64,000 nucleotides of DNA, from the NCBI GenBank assembly GCA_030141605.1, contig JAQGDQ010002376.1:425349-489348 (forward strand), read 5' to 3'. Of the stretch, positions 12,901-23,951 are shown piece after piece. This DNA is from Tubiluchus corallicola. Its lineage: Eukaryota; Animalia; Priapulida. The number at the start of each line of letters is the position of its first letter. Within the stretch, counting starts at the first letter, position 1. The notes below the pieces were generated by a model. The model saw only the letters and a list, made by a program, of their open reading frames with translations, was not told where the DNA came from and searched no databases. The translations under genes and the position numbers were made by a program.

Positions 12901-15900
12901 CAAAAAGTTCTGTGTATGTGGTCATTCTATTGATGTACAATCAGTGATCATCGTTTATTATAAGGGTGGGAATTTCGAATAATTTATTCTTCGAAGATTC
13001 GAGGAAAACATTTTTGAATAATCGAATGTTCGCCCCTGAGATATTTGACCTCGGTAGTCCACTCATGGAAATAGACAAACGCAAAATACAGGGCAGCAGT
13101 TACTGTACCACTGTAGATGTTAACAGATGAACTGATATGATAAATTATGCATACCACACTCTTATCTGGATTGAACTGTGGTGTTAATTACTGCAATATC
13201 ACTGCATTACTTAGGGCTGTACATGATTGAATATAGGGCTTGTTGATTTTTTAATAACTTGTTTTTGCATAATAAACATTTTACTGTGTTTGAATGGGAC
13301 TTTTTCGAAATGTTCCCATACCGAGTTCTGCTGTTTGTTGTCATATGGACAATTAAATATATATCCAACTTCCCAGTGAATTAGTATTGCCCAGGCAATG
13401 AGCTGACATTGGTGTAATTGTTTTTCGGCTGTATGGGAGCAAAGACAGCAGATTCTTTTCATCGGGACAATGATGTTCGCTTAGTGCCAAGGTTTTTGTC
13501 TCCGCAAATGTGTGGGTGGTATTCAATATGTGGTCAATGCAGTGTGTAGCAGAATTGGATAGTATTTTATTTGAAGCTTCAAATTATCGTTATTTGTGTA
13601 CACCCCTAGTTTATTATTCGTTCAAAACAAGCTCTGAGAAGTGGTTACAGTCCCATTGACTACAGGTTGATACTCGAGGTATATTCATGGCTTTCAGAAG
13701 CTACTTACTGCCGACAACTGAATTTAGAAATGACAATGTCTTAGATATTGCCCTGTATCAATCTTTAAAAAACCTGAACACTAATTTATTTACATATGAT
13801 TAACGTTTTTCTTCGTGTAGGTATAGATATGTGCCTAGATTTACTGCGGATGATGGAGGATCATTATCCAGAGACTTTGTACAAACTAAATGTTGTAAAT
13901 GGTAAGTGTAGCTACCTGACTCTAACCATAGATATTAAACACATTGTGTTTTGTACTTAATTTGTAGTGTAAGTTTTGTCTTTGCTTTTACATATCATCG
14001 TATAACGTGTTTTCTAAACTAGTAAAGTAATACTCGATTTACACCATTTAGAAAATTAGTTTGTACCTAGACTTATTGTTCTGAATTAGTTTATACCTAG
14101 ACCTATTGTTCTGAACTAGTCTGTACCTAGACCTATTGTTCTGAATTAATCTGTACCTAGACCTATTGCTCTGAATTAATCTGTACTTAGATCTATTGTT
14201 CTGAATTAATCTGTACTTAGACCTGTTGTTCTGAATTAATCTGTACCTAGACCTATTGTTTTGAATTAATCTGTACCTAGACCTATTATTCTGAATTGGT
14301 CTGTACTTAGACCTATTGTTCTGAATTAGTCTGTACCTAGGCCTATTGTTCTGAATTAGTCTGTACTTAGACCTATTGTTCTGAATTAGTCTGTACTTAG
14401 ACCTATTGTTCTGAATTAGTCTGTACTTAGACCTATTGTTCTGAATTGGTCTGTACTTGGACCTATTGTTCTGAATTAGTCTGTACCTAGGCCTATTGTT
14501 CTGAATTAGTCTGTACTTAGACCTATTGTTCTGAATTAGTCAGTACTTAGACCTATTGTTCTGAATTAGTCTGTGTCTAGACCTATTGTTCAGAATTAGC
14601 CTGTGCCTAAACCTATTGTTCTGAATTAGTCTGTGCCTAGACCTATTGCAGTTAAATGGTAAAGTTACAGATCTGGCTATTTTCTGCATTGTTTTTGTTT
14701 AATAACTGTAAACAGGGATCATGAGACAATTCTCTTTACACTATCTAATTTTGAATTAGTGTAGTTGCTGGACTAGAATGAGTAGTGTAAATAAAAATTT
14801 TCACGAAGTACTATTTTGTTTTACAGCACCAAAGATTTTTCCTATTGCCTATGCTATTGTGAAGCCATTTCTAACACAGCACACACGAAATAAAATTCGA
14901 ATACATAGCGGTAAGAAGTCTATAAATATGTAACAGAGGCTGGAAGATAATTTTGACTATATGATTGTTTAAAGTGTAAATATGAAATATGTAATTAATG
15001 TAATTACTGTATAAAGCTTTATTTAGTTAATTTGACTGGAGAGCAAACTGCTATTACAATTTGTGCAGAATAATAAAATAAGTTTAATTTCAAAGACTTA
15101 TATGTTTTTTGGATTTCCTTAATTTTAACTAAAGAAGTCATTTTTTCAGATTAGATTACAAACTAATTGCTGAGAGAATCAGTCATTAATGTTAAGATGC
15201 TTAATCATTTCGTGTAATAGAAAATTATTTAAAAATTCTGAAAATTAGGCATGCTCACTAATTGTGGCCAAACATTTTGTGTGTTTGGCTTGTGGCAGAT
15301 GACAGTTGGTTGTTCTTTAACAAGACAGTGCTGTTGGTTAGTCAGCTCCAACATAGCAGTTTTAGTTGATGAAATCAAGTTATTGTTAAACTCATACAGT
15401 CTTACCTCATTATAATGCCAACCTCGCTTAATGCTCATATTTTCAGCAAAACAAAATGTCTATATTTGTGCAGATGTAAGTATTAATACACCTTGTTATA
15501 ATGCCAAATTCACTTAATGCCAACTTTTTTGCAGTCCCAAATTGGGCAGTAAGAGGAGGTTTGATTATATTATGGAACACTTTAATTTTTCAGATAACTG
15601 GCAACAGCTAATACTTGATGATATAGCAATGGAAGAGGTTCCAGTGTTCTTTGGTGGTCAGAACAGAGGTCCAGATGGTGATCCCAAGTGTTCTCATCTT
15701 GTATGCAGCACTTGTTTGTTTGTTTATTTTTCTTCTTTAAATTAAAGATCACAGTCAAACCTTAACAGCCTGGTCTTCATTAATATTTGTTGCCGTAACT
15801 TAAATGCAACGGTGGGTGGCTGCAGTATATTGTATCATATTCTGTACTGGACTGCAACGTTATAGACAAAAGTTTGGAGTACTTTTTGTTAACTCTAGAT

Positions 15901-18900
15901 TGCCTGTAATTTAGAGAGAGAAAATGTCTATGTTTTGCAAGTTACTCTTAACAGTACAAAGAAGAGATTTCTTACTAGCCAGTATGTCCCACGTAAACAG
16001 ATAATTTGCATGCTATCATATTTTGTACTGGACAGCAACGGTCTAGACAAAAATTTGGAGTAGTTTTTGTTAACTCTAAATTTTTATTATTAAAAAAAAG
16101 AGAAAATGTCTCTATGTTTCTTAATAGCACCAAAAGAGAACAACTGCTGCTGAGAGATTCCATGTAATCAAAGAATTTACCCTCCATTTGTGGGATATAC
16201 TAGTTATTCTCAGTGCTGTTAAAGAGTGTAAAAATTCTTGTTGCTGTTTAATGTGAATATGAATGATCAAGTCCGATCCGCCGGCAGGTTGATAATGTTA
16301 GTATAATATAATGTATGCAGATTAGTGAGAATATTTTGACTATGAGAAACCAATATGTCATTCAAGAGCTGAACATAATTGCACATTTGTTTGTTGATAA
16401 TTATTTAAGAATAAATTTGCATTTTGGGTGCCTTGTGGTTTTGCTCAGTGTTCTGATTGGCTGTATTAGAGGTTTCATTTTGATGAATTTGTTCATCAGT
16501 GAATTCAGTTAATGAAACCGTTAAGTCAAGGTTGCTTTTCGTTGATATGTTTACCGTATATACTCGCATATAAGCCTACATCGCATATAAGCCGACCCCC
16601 TAACACTGCTTTAAAATGGCCAGTTTTTGCAAAAACCCGTATATAAGCCGACCATCAACTTGTCTAATTTGACTCCATACCCAATCAACAAAATTCATCC
16701 CTTTTTGTCACATTTTGTTACATTTTCTTTTTTCTCCAGGCATGGTGTATTGCACAAATAATTTTACAACTAAAATTATCAAAATTCAGCACACTTTTAA
16801 ATTCTGTGGCCGCGTGCTCACGTTTGCCTCATTGGTTTGCTGTTCCTCTATAAGCCACGTGACCCTCGTCTCCCCACGCGCTGCCTACCAATTGGCTGAT
16901 GACGTCGGCTTGGTTACGGCTCGCAACTGGTGACACACAGTGGTGTATTGCTAAATAAAAAGTAGGTGGACGGCTAGTCTCAAGACTTACCATTTTACAT
17001 TCACAAATTTGAAAGAAATTGACATTATTTAAAACCGTTTTTTGAAAAAATGAAAACAAGTAGATTTAATATTAAACCTGTATACATTTTTAATGTTTTT
17101 TATCTAATGAATACAAAAAGCAGACATTTATTGAATTGTGAATTTTTTCTAAAAAAAAAAGTGGGTGGACGGCGATCCCCCACGATCCCCCTCCAATACA
17201 CCACTGGTGACACACAACCAAATAAAGAGTCAGATAGCGATGAAAATGTGTGGCTGGAAAATTGGCATTAGTGTCTGTCCTTGTGTTCATTTTGTTTCAT
17301 GTGCATATAAGCCGACCCCCTGATTTCAGTATTGTATTTTACAGTTCTAAATTCGGCTTATATGCGAGTATATACGGTATGTTTCGCTTTTTATTTGTCA
17401 AAACAGTTAAATCATTTCAACTGCAAGGTTTGTTTTACTTAATAATTTGTATACTTTTCAATTAATTTTTCATATACACTAAGTGCCTTATTAATTGTGG
17501 TGTTTCTTTTGCAATATTTCAGATTTGTTATGGAGGGGAAATCCCAAAAAGCTATTACCTTCAAAACAACAAAGAAGCTATAGATAAGACTAAGATGGAC
17601 ATGGCTGTTGTGAACAAGAGGGCAAATTTTTATGTTGAACATCATGTAGGAAAGGCAGGGTCCATAATCAGGTAATGAATGACGGACTTTAAGTAGATTT
17701 CTGATTTTCTAGTAAAACAGCAAATCGTGTTTTCAAATAAAATTGAAAGAGCCCTGTTGACAAAAAGAATGTCCGAAATAAGGAAGGTGTCATTGTAGAT
17801 TTTTATACTCATCCTTCCCATTATTTAAAGAATTTATGCATATTATCAGCCATAGTGACAAAATTTCTGCAGAGTAAAGTGGTCTTTTCTTTCTACCAAT
17901 TAGCAATCTGTTCTAGTCCTATATTTCCACATTTCTCTATGTCATGTTATGTCTGCAAACAAAAACTCTCAAATATATGCATTTTTGTACCCAAATTAAG
18001 TTAAATTGCTTGGAGAAGTATTCTGAGAAAATTTTGTCTGCAAAAATATAACAGTGTTGTACTGTTTGACTAATAATATTTTATATTTTGTCCTGACATG
18101 TAGGTAAGTTTATAATCAAGGGCGGATACTGGCTTTTGAAAAATGGTGGGCCCAACAAAAGGCAGTTAATGGGTCTGGGGAAGCATTGTAATATTCAGCA
18201 ATATAGTGGTATACAGTGTACATGGTGTACTTAAATTTCATGTGTTTTGAAAAGTAGAACTCTTGTGATATAGGATTTTTATAGGTATTAAATTTTAGTA
18301 AAGCCACTGCTAGGATTTAGCAAATCGTTCTAATGCTTATAATCCAGAGAAAATATTTATTTGATGTGTTGTAAGTGCTACTGTGAAAGGGGAGCAGGTT
18401 TCTTAGACCCATCCTCTAAATCTGCAACTGATAATCCATAACCTGATCCTGAAAGGTATGGCTAGGTAGTTGCTAATTGTCTCTAAGCAGCCCTAATCAG
18501 AAAACATTATAACTGCAAATGTTAAACATTTGGTGGGTTTTCTGTGTTTTAAATATTTAGTATAACTGATTTGTTATAATTGTTTAGGTTAACGCTTCTA
18601 GTGGACCAAGTCATTTTCTTTAAAAGAGATGCACAGATAGATCTTGTTTTGATGTCTCACCAGCTTTGCTTATCACTAGTATATCTGTATTAACAAAAAG
18701 CAGGCAACCTTATAGATTTTTTTATAATGCTGTCACACTGATCTGTTTGCAATAATTAAAACTGTCGATGTCTAAAATAAGCACTGTAAAGTAGCTTTGG
18801 TTGAGCCATCGTTCTTCATGGGTATTGGCCATTTATAAACGTCTTTGTTTCCTACTACAAGTTAATTTTGGTTTGTTTGCAGGTGGGAGTTCATCACAGA

Positions 18901-20319
18901 CGAAAATGACATTGGCTTTGGCTTGTACCTGAAAACGGATGGCACTCCCATTGAAAAACTCAAACCGTCTGATTTAACGAATGTGCGAAGCTTGCAGCGG
19001 TGTAACTGCCATCTAGTGCCAGAGACAGGAAGTTTCATTGCAGAAGTTCCAGGCATATGTAAGTATATGATTATGCATTTGTGCAGCCCATCTTAGTTTT
19101 TTTAGCAAACACTATTGTTAGCCAGTTTCTGGATGAGTTAGTGCTTGTCACATAGTTCTTCTAGTTAGTTGAAAAGCATCTTTAATGTTATTTATAGAAC
19201 AGAAGAACAGAGGACAGAGATGCTTATCTATGCAGTGACAAGTAGGAGTGAGCATCGAATGTTCGAGTTTGAACATTCAAATCAAATTCGAACGAGTTTT
19301 TTTAGTTTGAATTCGATTCGAATGTAAAACTATAGATTCCAATATTCAGCACTTCAATCACATACATTCTTTATCATTAAAGTGATTGAAACATCATGCA
19401 ATTAGCATAATTCAGCTGTGATTTCTGTGCACAATTTTAAACAAATTATTAGTGTTTTTTCAAATTCGATTCTATAGATTCGAATATTCATCACTTCAAT
19501 CACATACATTTTTTATCATTAAAATGATCGAAACATCATGCAATTAGCATAATTTAGCTGTGATTTCTGTGCACAATTTCAAACAAATTATTAGTGGTTT
19601 TACTGCAGAACAAAATCGAGTAATATGTATGATCCTTGTAAGACTATTTTACTGGTGATTCGAAAACTTGTTTGAAAATCTTTCAATTTGAATTTGAATT
19701 TGAAATACTGAAGCTCGTTTCGATTCGAATTTGCTTTCTGGCAGAGAATGCTCACCCCTAATGACAAGGTCGTTCAACCCTGTAGGGGATGTTAGTAGAT
19801 CTGGTATTTCAGAAAATTATTTCAATGGTAGTCTAGTCCTCGTCTGGAGCTTAGACTACAAAATGATCTAATTAAATTTCAAAGAGTAAGCTCTTTACAG
19901 ACAGTAATTTAACATAAAAGTTACAAGGCATGAACAGAGTGAATTTTTTCAGACTGATTTTTTTTCATCAGTTATTTGACAATTATGCATTAAAAATTGA
20001 TATATAATTAAGCTATTTGCGCAATCGATGATTAGATTGCTCTAACTGTTGCTGTATGCGACTTTCCAGATATGGAAGAAAGCTGTTTTTTTGTTTAAAA
20101 TGCTGAAGAACAATTGGAAGCATATTGTTATAGTACTTTACAGCAAATGAATATTGCAGGTATTCTGTTTCGTGCAGCAAGCCACACTTGTAAAATTTCT
20201 TAGCGGAGTTTATTGTATTGTTTTTAGATGTCACGTTATTCGACAATTCGTACAGTTGGACAAAGAACAAAACACTATGGTATAAGGTTGATGTTCTTTC
20301 GCCTGATGATCGCTTGTAA
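3918..20319 (+). CDS. SEC14L2: SEC14-like lipid-binding protein (CRAL-TRIO + GOLD), SEC14L2/3/4 family, about 394 aa, 13 coding exons
   Basis: Exons: 3918-3971, 8228-8297, 8730-8773, 9339-9401, 11700-11790, 12358-12452, 12793-12871, 13821-13901, 14827-14910, 15594-15700, 17523-17671, 18883-19058, 20228-20319 (sum 1185 nt, all GT-AG, phases consistent). Motifs: MSGYFGDLSPTQ, DDYYYLRWLRARDF, EDHYPETL, NAPKIFPIAYAIVKPFL, GPDGDPKC, RWEFITDENDIGFG, FDNSYSW. The symbol indicates family, not strict orthology. Confidence 0.93.
5530..5782 (+). promoter_or_regulatory. Possible alternative promoter / non-coding first exon inside SEC14L2-like intron 1
   Basis: CCAAT (5530-5534) next to the palindromic CRE TTGACGTCAA (5539-5548) in a CpG-richer patch, followed by a consensus donor CAG|GTAAGT at 5776/5777. 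Confidence 0.35.
7700..8030 (+). mobile_element. Decayed 3' end of a non-LTR retrotransposon (LINE ORF2 C-terminal CCHC region)
   Basis: Frameshifted translation QLRMGYSKLNY / HLHKIGGANSSLCECG / SEHFLSECVLYSNQR fits the RLRxGHxxLNxHL..CxC...EHFLxxC signature of LINE ORF2 C-termini. Confidence 0.6.
9820..9985. repeat. Dispersed repeat, diverged copy of the Tigger-like MITE at 15396-15568
   Basis: Shares AATGCCAAnCTCGCTTAA...TTTnAGCAAAACAAAATnTCnnTATTTG...ATGCCAACTTTTTT..AGTCCCAAAT with 15396-15568. Confidence 0.5.
12085..12114. repeat. (TGAA)n microsatellite
   Basis: About 7 TGAA units read directly. Confidence 0.7.
12961..13608. mobile_element. Non-autonomous hAT-type MITE
   Basis: Perfect 8-bp TSD GTTTATTA (12953-12960 and 13609-13616); termini TAAGGGTG...CACCCCTA; subterminal TTCGAA repeats. 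Confidence 0.8.
14054..14648. repeat. 30-bp minisatellite, about 20 units, in SEC14L2-like intron 8
   Basis: Consensus ACCTATTGTTCTGAATTAGTCTGTACYTAG; 19 full units (14071-14640) plus partial flanks; substitutions only, no spacers. Confidence 0.95.
15396..15568. mobile_element. Tigger/pogo-like MITE
   Basis: TA|CAGTCTTACCTC ... GAGGTTTGATTA|TA imperfect TIRs; a second family copy lies at about 9820-9985. Confidence 0.5.
15833..16140. repeat. Diverged direct duplication (about 130 bp, period about 181)
   Basis: TATCATATTnTGTACTGGACnGCAACGnTnTAGACAAAAnTTTGGAGTAnTTTTTGTTAACTCTA occurs at 15833 and 16014. Confidence 0.75.
16554..17377. mobile_element. Non-autonomous Tc1/mariner-superfamily (Tc2/pogo-type) element
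   Basis: Perfect 23-bp TIR CCGTATATACTCGCATATAAGCC / GGCTTATATGCGAGTATATACGG with TA target duplication on both sides; subterminal ATATAAGCCGACC repeats near 16585, 16641 and 17305. Confidence 0.9.
19243..19760. mobile_element. Non-autonomous hAT-type MITE with an internal ~125-bp duplication
   Basis: TIR TAGGAGTGAGCAT / ATGCTCACCCCTA; 8-bp TSD GTGACAAG / ATGACAAG (7/8); TTCGAA-rich subtermini; internal repeat 19330-19454 vs 19472-19596. Confidence 0.8.
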
Positions 20320-20491
20320 AGTCTGTTCATTGTCGAGTCTTCCAGACACTTTCAGGCTTCGAGTAACAGGTATAAAGATTTGCAAAGGATATGAATTTTT
20401 GCATTAACCAAAGACCATTGCTTGTCTTTATGGCAAGTGTCACTGTGGTATGGTTGTATACATACAGGGCAGTAGCGTGACAAAGTTATTA

Positions 20492-20771
20492 CAGTAAAGT
20501 CTCAGTTAACCAGACTGATAGTCAATTATGGCAAATAACTGATTCTTGGCTAATTTGCCATAGTTATAAATCACACTACATTTATTTGTTGCATTGTATG
20601 TAGGGTTAATTGGAAATGATGAATGTTTGAAGTATTCAGGTTTTAAGGGTCAAAAACTTCGAAAAGCAGTGCTTGACCATGTATTTAAACACAAGGTATA
20701 AAACGTGCTACAAATAAAACACGAACTCGTTCGTTTGGTTAATAAGTGTTCGAGTAATTGAGATTCTACTG
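20492..20771. mobile_element. Tigger/pogo-like MITE in the presumed SEC14L2-like 3' UTR
   Basis: TA|CAGTAAAGTCTCAGTTA ... TAATTGAGATTCTACTG|TA imperfect TIRs with TA flanks. Confidence 0.6.
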
Positions 20772-23700
20772 TAAGTGCAAGATGAGCGGCAAAACAATAG
20801 GTAAAACATCTTCAGTCTTTCCTTTAAGATGGAAAATGGTTGACATTATATTAGATACAATGTGCAATATAAAAGCATGATTATAGCATTATTTAAGGTT
20901 ATTTTAGCAAAATAAACTTGTTTTACAACATGAGGAATTACTATACTTAATTTTTAGATGTTATATTACTTGGAGTGATAGCTTTGAGGCTTTCCAACTG
21001 CATAACTACTTGCAGATCGTTTTAAGCAATATTATTTAACTTGATGCTGATTTTGTTATATTTAATATTTTATGTTTTAAGTGCATTTGCTTATAACTTT
21101 GTTAATTGTTAAAGTACAGTCTAAGCTTACTTGCTATTAGTTCATTGATTATGCACCCAGAAAAGTTGTGGTGTATTGATAAGGTTGGCAGTAAGACAAG
21201 ATGTGAATGTAATTGCTGTTGCACAAAAGCTTTTTGTTCAACCAGTGCATATTGAATACTATGCAACAATAATGGTAGTCAGTAATTTGTTCATATAATT
21301 TTAAATATTTACCTCACTGAGGTCATGTAATTTATTCTAGAAGCATTGTAGGTACTATAGGTGGTTACTTTGCCATTGTTAATGTTGTATTTGTTAGTCT
21401 GTAGCACACTGGTTGTAATTGTCATTAGAGATGTATTATTAGGTGTTATTTTTTAATTTTATAGTGATTTTGTTAGTCACAAAAGCCAAAGAGTTAATGC
21501 AGTTCTTGCAGCAATGCCAAATTCTTGCCCTCGTTAGTAGTCTATTTTGTGCATTTAGGTGTTTTAGTGATACATGTGTCCATTATGATTTATTAAGTTA
21601 TAATTTGTTTGTGATTACTAATGTCTGAGTATATTGTTACGTGTTAAGGCTGAAAAGTTGTTTAAGTCATAATTATTATAAAATTACGTTTGGCCTAGTC
21701 ACCTTGCCATTATGCAGAGGTAAAACACTTTTGTTCTTTTGGTTTATGATTTCATTTAGAAGCTTTTGCTTGGTATTCCTAAATTTATTTTTGCTTAGTG
21801 ATATTATACATTTTTGCAAGTTTTCTTTTTTTACTTTTGACTGTATTATGATTGCAAATGCTTAATTGGCCCTGACAATTGATGCTAGTGTTGCTATTGC
21901 ACTTTATTTTCTCTATTTTTCGCAGCATTTGTAATAGCTAAAGTTTGCCAAGTATTCCATTCCATATATTGTATGCCCAGCCAACATTTATCTCAATACT
22001 ATAGCTTGAGCAATAAGTGATTGGCTGAACTTTAATTTGCACAATTAGTTGCGAGAATTTGTGAATCATTTAGTGTATTGTTTTTGTAGCCATCTGTAAT
22101 TACGCTGAGAATTTTTTTTGTCGAGCATGTATAAATTGCACACATTTTCAAAAACTCTTTATTCTCTTTCAAGCTCAACTCATTTTCGATTAAACAGCAG
22201 ATAAGTTACTTATGTGTGTTTGTGAACATACTAACATGGTTTTTCATTTTTTTAGTTTTAAGTATGTCATAGCCTTCAGAATTTGATGTATAATCACAAT
22301 TTGACATACTAGTAATTATTCAGACTGGTTTTAAACATCATTCATGGAGCCTTTCTATAAGGTATCTTTAACAACGAGTATGCTTAGACATATATGTAAT
22401 GAATTATTACTTTTATTGGCCTCAGTTTTTCATTACTTTACATTTACTATTATTCCTAAATTCCTAGCATTCATTTTGTTTAATTTGTGATTTGACTGTT
22501 TGGTAGGTATTATAAACTATGCTTATAATGTCTGTCATTTTCAGTATCATATTTTATTGGCATGAATGTATTACTATGATAATTTACTGTCTGTGGACTG
22601 ATGAATTAATAACAACTGTTAACATCACTAATCATACGTGAAAAAAAAAATAAATGATTTAATTTAGTTTATTGATCTAGTCATAGTCGTTTTAATACGA
22701 GTTTTTTTTGTTTAGATGTTATTAAAATTATTATGTGATTAAGTGTTAAATTATCCTAAGTTGCCTACTAATTGTATTGATGTTGTTTGTAATTAAAAGT
22801 AATAACTGTGTATAAATAGTTGGTGTTTATAATCTTGATTTTGCATTACATGTATGTTGTTAGCAATTAGAAATTTTTCACTATGTGGCAATAATCATGA
22901 AGTCATGGATAACCTTGTCAAATTTTCATTGTTATATAATTTAGTTGTTTAGCAGGTGATGTGCAATATACATTTTCGTGTTTCAAGTTTATTGGTGTGC
23001 AGTTTTGCATTAATTATATTGTTGATACAGTTAGAAATTCTACATTGTGGAATAGTCAGTAATTGTAGATAGTACTGTTAGATTTTCATTATAGTAAATG
23101 CACAGAACTTTTTTTAGCAAGGGATAGTTATTGATACGTTTAAAGTTCATAGATTTGCATTTATCATGTGCTAATGTGATGAGACTCGTTAGTTATAATT
23201 TTTAATGGTTATTCATTTCATCTGAATAATCTGTGATTGAAATATATTTGATTTGTTTGTTGGGCTATGGCCAGTTCTCGTAAATTTGTTCATAACGGGT
23301 AATCAGTGTTGTTATGTTTTATGCTTTGTTATTATTATTTGTTTTGATTTGTTGATTTGATGACCATTCCAACATAAAATCACAAAGATTTGTGCTTTCA
23401 TTAAGATTTTACTTGTAAGCACGTTTTGGCATTCCAGAAATGAATTCACTGAACACACTAGATAAATGAGTTATTGCAGTTTTATTTTGGCTGTTTTTTT
23501 CATTGGAAATGCATTAAAAATTAGCATTGCAATGGACAAGTAATGATTATTAGATAGTACATAAAGTGATAATTAACTTGTAGAAAAAATATAGATATTT
23601 TAAGTATATGAAAGAAAGACTTGAAGTTGATTAGTTTGTAAGTCATTCTTAAACAGTACAATAGTTTACTGCAGAGATATACAATAAACAAGTATGAGTA

Positions 23701-23951
23701 AATAGACAACTGTCTGTAACATTTTTCAGCATGTTGATACACGTATGTACAACTACTCCATTCAGTTATTCAATCGGCTGGAGGTATGAGGTTCAAACAT
23801 ATGTTAAATTATGAGGTTCAGACATACTTACAATTGAAAATATTGTTTCAGTCCACATCTTAAGCACATCTGTTGCTACTATATATCGTGTACATAGAAT
23901 CATGGTGCACAGAACCTCATTTGCCACATGCTGTGAATCGGTGTGGACTAA

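Noticed and set aside
14054-14648. CRISPR-like array
   Set aside because: Units are head-to-tail with no unique spacers, no cas genes are present, and it lies in a spliceosomal intron.
14054-14648. The 30-bp minisatellite as target of the ZNF (30 bp = ABCD+ABC+ABC)
   Set aside because: Only a numerical coincidence; no recognition-code match could be shown by eye.
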